Positions 52,660 through 57,321 of a DNA stretch of 57,321 nt are shown here, in pieces. Positions within the stretch are counted from its first letter, which is position 1, and each line of letters begins with the position of its first letter. The position numbers and the translations under genes are program-made. Origin of the DNA: a virus (lineage: Duplodnaviria; Caudoviricetes); the IMG/VR virus record IMGVR_UViG_3300044723_001057, positions 1 to 57,321 of that record; one strand, 5' to 3'. The notes below the pieces were generated by a model. The model had not been told where the DNA came from. It saw nothing but the letters and a program-made list of their open reading frames with translations, and searched no databases.

Positions 52660-53850
52660 TTATGAACTCACTGGTTTAAAAATATCTAAACCACGTAGAC
52701 GTGTACGTTTTTTCTTAGAACTACCCGGCATAGTATATGACCTAGTTGCTGCATCATATGTAGCACCTATTGGGCTAGGTGTCTGACCATACAACTGAGC
52801 AAGATATGCGTCAATCTGTGTTGGGTCATACAAATTAATAGTAGCAGAACCTACACCTTTACCGTAGTAATCATCTGGAGATACAGACACACCAGTTATT
52901 GCATCAGTCGCAGACACTGTTGATGTAATCCCAAATTTTTTAGGTTGTTCAGCACCCTCCCCACCTTTATTAGGGTCTTGCCATCCAGTTTCTTCATACC
53001 CTGCAATAGGATTACCACTATACACCATACCCAAACCAAAAGGCCCCGGACTATATACACCTTGTATTCTTCCTTGGTCATCAAAGGCAGGTATTGAATT
53101 AGGGTCTTCTAACTGTTCTGCAATATTTTCAAGATTTGCCATTCCCAATGCACCCATAGCTGCTCCAACAATTCCGGGAATACCATAATTATCTTCTGCA
53201 AAACCTTTTCTTCTGGCGATTTCTGCGTCAATAATACCTTTTACCGCACCCCTTGCTTTTGTTGTACCTGCGGAACCAATATCTGTAAACCAAGTAGTAT
53301 TTGTTTTACCAGTTGCCCCACCCTTTAATACATTATTTGCTAAAATCTGTGCAGCAAATTGTTCTTTTGTTAAATTTTTACCACCTGTGCCACCATAATA
53401 ATCAGCTAAACCAGCACCCGGAGTACCCATTTGTTCTCCACCGGGTTCATCAGGCCCACGATATCCAACTTCTCTACTACCTGCTCCTGCAGTATCTGGG
53501 TCATCTGTTTCCGCATCTATTCCAGTATCGGCATCATAGCTTCCACCTCCACCAGAGCCACCACCGTCAGAACTAGGTGCTGAACCTATACCTGCATCCG
53601 GGTCCCCGGCACCACCTGTTGCATCATCCGCATCACCAGAGCCATAACCACCAGCACCTTCACCCACATCAAAATAAGCAGGAATACCCATAGGTCCAAG
53701 TATGCCAGCACCACCTAATGCCTTTAGAGTTCCACCTTCTTTAGGTGTAATCCAAGCAAGCATATGCTTCTGACCTTTGATGTCAAGTTCACGAGGTACG
53801 TTCTTTACAATACCTGATAGTCCCTTTGTGTCTGATTTTTTCTTAGCCAT
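52660..53850 (-). CDS. Gly/Asp-rich putative internal virion protein
   Basis: 396 aa; HMLAWITPKE...LGGAG...GIPAYF N-terminal module then low-complexity G/D stretch. Confidence 0.6.
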   Translation of the reverse strand: MAKKKSDTKGLSGIVKNVPRELDIKGQKHMLAWITPKEGGTLKALGGAGILGPMGIPAYFDVGEGAGGYGSGDADDATGGAGDPDAGIGSAPSSDGGGSGGGGSYDADTGIDAETDDPDTAGAGSREVGYRGPDEPGGEQMGTPGAGLADYYGGTGGKNLTKEQFAAQILANNVLKGGATGKTNTTWFTDIGSAGTTKARGAVKGIIDAEIARRKGFAEDNYGIPGIVGAAMGALGMANLENIAEQLEDPNSIPAFDDQGRIQGVYSPGPFGLGMVYSGNPIAGYEETGWQDPNKGGEGAEQPKKFGITSTVSATDAITGVSVSPDDYYGKGVGSATINLYDPTQIDAYLAQLYGQTPSPIGATYDAATRSYTMPGSSKKKRTRLRGLDIFKPVSS

Positions 53851-56800
53851 TAGTCTAACCTTTTTCCTTCTAACATTGAGTATCCTCTGAGCATTCTATC
53901 CCAAGGTATCTGCGCTTGATTTAAATAAGTAGCATTAGTTTCTTTAGGCATATAAGGTATAAAATAATTATTACTTGCGCCTTCCAGTATTTCTATTTTG
54001 TTTTGATTAACAGGAAAGCGTTCATCTAAAGACACACCCATTACCATGTCTTCTAAATTAAATCCTAATTTTCTATATAATTCTACCATATCTTTTACGT
54101 TTCTAAAACCCTTTAGACGAACTCTTTGTGCATCTTTAAATTCATCCATATATTTTTCAGGGTCTGTAACATTAGGAGTACCTAATACATCTTGCATTTG
54201 TTTTTGACCAGAAAATACCTGATTAAATTCAGGGTTAAAGTTAAAACGCATACCTGCAGTTAAGTCTGCACGTTGAGATTTAAGACCTACAATAGCAGGC
54301 CAGTCTACAGAACTAGCAGGAATAGTAGAATAATAATCAGTCATTCCACTAGCTTCATATTGCTTACGTCTTTCTAAAAACTTACCTATGAATGGGTCAA
54401 AAGTATCTAATACAATATCCATTGTATTTGCTAACTTACCTTCTAATGTAGGCTCACTCCTAATATCACCTTTACCTAAACCAAAAACATCTAAAGCTGC
54501 TTCTGTAAGCATAGAAGGCCCAAGGAAAGGTGCTACTGTTTGGTCCATTAGTGCCAGTGCAGTTTTATTTAATTCATAACTTGTAGCATCTTTATCTATT
54601 CCTGTACCCATCATGATAATATCATGAGTATTTTTAGCAAAAGATTTAACATAATTAAATGGGTCCCATGCACCTATGTTTACATAGTCAACCCCCCAAT
54701 GTCCATTTTTATCTTTATTAATACCTGATAAATAAATTTTATCTGAGTTGACTTCATAACGTGGACCAAGCATTGCCATAGCATCATGCTGTTCATCGTC
54801 AATATCATAAAGAAGTTTAGAACCTTCCATAGCTAAAGCAGGAACACTTCCCACAAGTGTCATACCACCTAATCTTTTTGTACCTGCGCGGAAAAGTTCT
54901 TCATTGCCTGAACCTAAATCTTGTAAGGTATACTTAGCTAAATTTTTACTAATACGTGTCATCTCTGCAGGGAAAGACACAAAGTCACCAACAGGCAGTA
55001 CACGTAAAGATTTAACTGCGGTTGGAACAAGATTATAGTTTGGCATTAAATCTCTTGTTCTTTGTGCAGCCATCTGCAAAAGTTCTTCACTTTCTAAATT
55101 AGGATAAGCCTTTTTTAAATAGTCTAAAGTTTTTTCAAAGTGTACAATTTTAAAAAAGTCATCTTCTGCTTGATAAATTCCTGTAACTTTTTCGTCAAAC
55201 TTTTTACCCTTGCCTATTATTCTTTTACCAGTTGTAGTCTTTTCAAGAAAGTCATCCGCATCTTTGGCAACGGCCTTCATGTTAGCACGTATTTCTCCAA
55301 GACCTAAGTTTGAATTTGTAATACCTAGTCTATTATATAACGCAAGCTTTTTACTTAACTCTCTATTACTTTTACCTGAAATATTTCCAAGAACAGATTC
55401 CATAGCTTTACCCACAGATTCACCTGCAGGTAGCATACCATTTGCACCAAGCATTGTTACGTTACCTGCTATGTTTTTTGCATGAGTTGCAGGATTGTAA
55501 ACTGTTTTAGATTTTTGAGACAAGCCCTTTGCAGCTACAGCGTAGTTTAATAATTTACCACCAAGGCTATCATTATTAAATGTAGGATTTAAACCATCAC
55601 GCATTATTTTTGCATACTCTTCATCAGCATACACGTTTTGCAATGGATTCTTAATTGCTCCTTTTGATAAAGGTCTACGTCCGACAATTGCACTAAGTGC
55701 ATCTGAACCAATATCAGAAACATTTACCATACTTTCTTTGGCACGTATTTCTGCCTGAACTTTTGTAAGATTAGGGTCAGCCTTCATAATATCAGCTACT
55801 CTGTTTTGAAACTTTGTTTCTAAAGACACAGCCATTTCTTGTAGGAATTTATTTTCTGCATTAATAGTTGCAAGCTTTTCATAAGTCTTTGCAAAGTTTT
55901 TAGTAGGGTCTTTAACCTCTCCAAATAAATCTCTTATTTCTAAAGGCACATCCTTTCTTTTAAACAAAGGTTTACCAGTGTTTTTTAAAACTTCTTTATT
56001 TGCTATGTCTTCTATAAAACCAAGAAAAGCATTTTTATCTTGTGCGCCTACACCCACAAGTTTTTCCAATGTTTCTTGAACATAAGAATCATCCATTGCA
56101 ACGCCAGCTTTATTAGCAATATATTCAGCGGCCCTGTCTACTACTTCATCGCCTATCTTACCATCAACATCAAGACCGCCCATACGTTTTTGTACACGCT
56201 GTTGTATGTCTTTCTTATATGCAGGGTTATCAAATATATTATATGAACGTGTCATATATGTGCCAAGACTATTGTCAATAGTTGTAGATAGTTTAGAACT
56301 AATACCAGTAGTACCACTTAATTCTTTTTGCAATCCTTGTACAGCATTATTCATTTCAGACACAATGCTTGCAGTTTGTGGAGAATCATAACGCAGTCTT
56401 GTCATGGCTGCATCATCTCCTTTTAAAGCTTGGTCTACAATTTCTTCTACATAATTTGGATTAGCTTGTATTTGTTTTTTAAGATTTGATTCTATAGATT
56501 GTTTTAAATCATCAGCATAACCTTGTGCAAGTTTTATTGCAGTATTAACAGAGGCTTCTCTTTCTATAACTTTGGCAAGCGTAGCATCGTCAGTACCTCT
56601 ACGAGATGTAAGATATTGTTTTGCTTTTCTTCCAACTTTACTTTTTCCAATAGGTTCTGTTATCTTATCAAGACGTGTGGATACAGACTTTAATTTACTA
56701 TTAAGTCCAGTAACGTGCTTAGAAGCAACAGCCTTCATAAGAGGTCCTGCTCCTAAAAACCCTATAGATAAAGGAGTTTCTAATGCAATGTTTTTTAATA

Positions 56801-57321
56801 ATGCATTAAAATAATCTGACAGTTCAGGGTCAGTAGGATTTCTTGCATAATCTTCTAATTTTTTAAGCGCATCTGGGTCTTTAGATAAAGTAGCATAAAT
56901 ATAATCCACTGAGTTTTCTTTTGGATTTTCTACTATAGTAGTACCAATTGCACCAGCTAATCCCAATGCACCACCCTTTGTAGCAAGCTTTGCTTTACGC
57001 CCCATTTTATTTGTAAGACGTGCAACTTGTGGTGCTACACGATTAGATTGTAATGCTAGATTTCCAAGTTTAACAGCACCACCTGCACCAATAAGATATG
57101 AACCTATATCACCAGTAATTTCTGATGCGGCTCCTGCAATACCTTCTCCATGATAAGGGTCAGTAAAAGCAGATGCCATATCTTTAGCACGTTTAGGTGT
57201 AACCCCATCAAGGGTGTTTTTAATACTGTCATATGTATCTTTCTCTAAAGACGCACGTGCAGCCGCATCTCCTAAATTAAGCGCACCCTCTACAAATTGC
57301 CCTACTGCACGAGTAGGTGCT
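53850..57321 (-). CDS. 3' part of the large internal virion/ejection protein (starts at 499 across the junction)
   Basis: Frame is open from the window end to the stop at 53850; helical; YQAEDDFFKI and GDFVSFPAE motifs. Confidence 0.85.
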   Translation of the reverse strand, partial: APTRAVGQFVEGALNLGDAAARASLEKDTYDSIKNTLDGVTPKRAKDMASAFTDPYHGEGIAGAASEITGDIGSYLIGAGGAVKLGNLALQSNRVAPQVARLTNKMGRKAKLATKGGALGLAGAIGTTIVENPKENSVDYIYATLSKDPDALKKLEDYARNPTDPELSDYFNALLKNIALETPLSIGFLGAGPLMKAVASKHVTGLNSKLKSVSTRLDKITEPIGKSKVGRKAKQYLTSRRGTDDATLAKVIEREASVNTAIKLAQGYADDLKQSIESNLKKQIQANPNYVEEIVDQALKGDDAAMTRLRYDSPQTASIVSEMNNAVQGLQKELSGTTGISSKLSTTIDNSLGTYMTRSYNIFDNPAYKKDIQQRVQKRMGGLDVDGKIGDEVVDRAAEYIANKAGVAMDDSYVQETLEKLVGVGAQDKNAFLGFIEDIANKEVLKNTGKPLFKRKDVPLEIRDLFGEVKDPTKNFAKTYEKLATINAENKFLQEMAVSLETKFQNRVADIMKADPNLTKVQAEIRAKESMVNVSDIGSDALSAIVGRRPLSKGAIKNPLQNVYADEEYAKIMRDGLNPTFNNDSLGGKLLNYAVAAKGLSQKSKTVYNPATHAKNIAGNVTMLGANGMLPAGESVGKAMESVLGNISGKSNRELSKKLALYNRLGITNSNLGLGEIRANMKAVAKDADDFLEKTTTGKRIIGKGKKFDEKVTGIYQAEDDFFKIVHFEKTLDYLKKAYPNLESEELLQMAAQRTRDLMPNYNLVPTAVKSLRVLPVGDFVSFPAEMTRISKNLAKYTLQDLGSGNEELFRAGTKRLGGMTLVGSVPALAMEGSKLLYDIDDEQHDAMAMLGPRYEVNSDKIYLSGINKDKNGHWGVDYVNIGAWDPFNYVKSFAKNTHDIIMMGTGIDKDATSYELNKTALALMDQTVAPFLGPSMLTEAALDVFGLGKGDIRSEPTLEGKLANTMDIVLDTFDPFIGKFLERRKQYEASGMTDYYSTIPASSVDWPAIVGLKSQRADLTAGMRFNFNPEFNQVFSGQKQMQDVLGTPNVTDPEKYMDEFKDAQRVRLKGFRNVKDMVELYRKLGFNLEDMVMGVSLDERFPVNQNKIEILEGASNNYFIPYMPKETNATYLNQAQIPWDRMLRGYSMLEGKRLD
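57068..57321. repeat. Terminal direct repeat, copy 2
   Basis: Matches 1-254 with one mismatch. Confidence 0.97.

Noticed and set aside
53850-57321. Large virion protein as an N4-like or crAss-like virion RNA polymerase reading the hairpins
   Set aside because: Only 1238 aa, with no DxDGD or T7-type catalytic motifs seen (the closest is LDVDGK); a structure search would be needed to exclude it fully.

Overview
The window is a complete, circularly permuted genome (about 57,067 bp unique) of a tailed dsDNA phage, probably a lytic podovirus; a marine alphaproteobacterial host is an inference. Bases 1-254 repeat 57068-57321 with one mismatch, and a 1238-aa virion gene spans that junction. A ~1 kb palindrome-rich non-coding region (28.8-29.7 kb) separates two divergent arms. 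The plus arm (29.7-50.4 kb) carries small early genes including an Ocr homologue and an HhH-GPD glycosylase, then MazG, a T7-like primase-helicase, PolA, SSB, DUF3310, an exonuclease, endonuclease I, class II RNR, an EndoVII-type nuclease, a glycosyltransferase/methyltransferase locus and TerS. The minus arm carries TerL, portal, GroES, scaffold, capsid, adaptors, a block of Lys/Arg-rich proteins, tail and fibre genes, ejection proteins and lysis genes. No RNA polymerase, integrase, tRNA or CRISPR was recognised. The strongest candidates for an undescribed system are (1) about ten covarying ~42-45 nt TTAA-stem-(C)TTATG-stem-TTAA hairpins placed between early genes, and (2) a GT plus GT/methyltransferase/Maf-like fusion locus alongside VSA-rich virion proteins, suggesting virion glycosylation. 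All family calls come from motif recognition by eye; no database searches were run.
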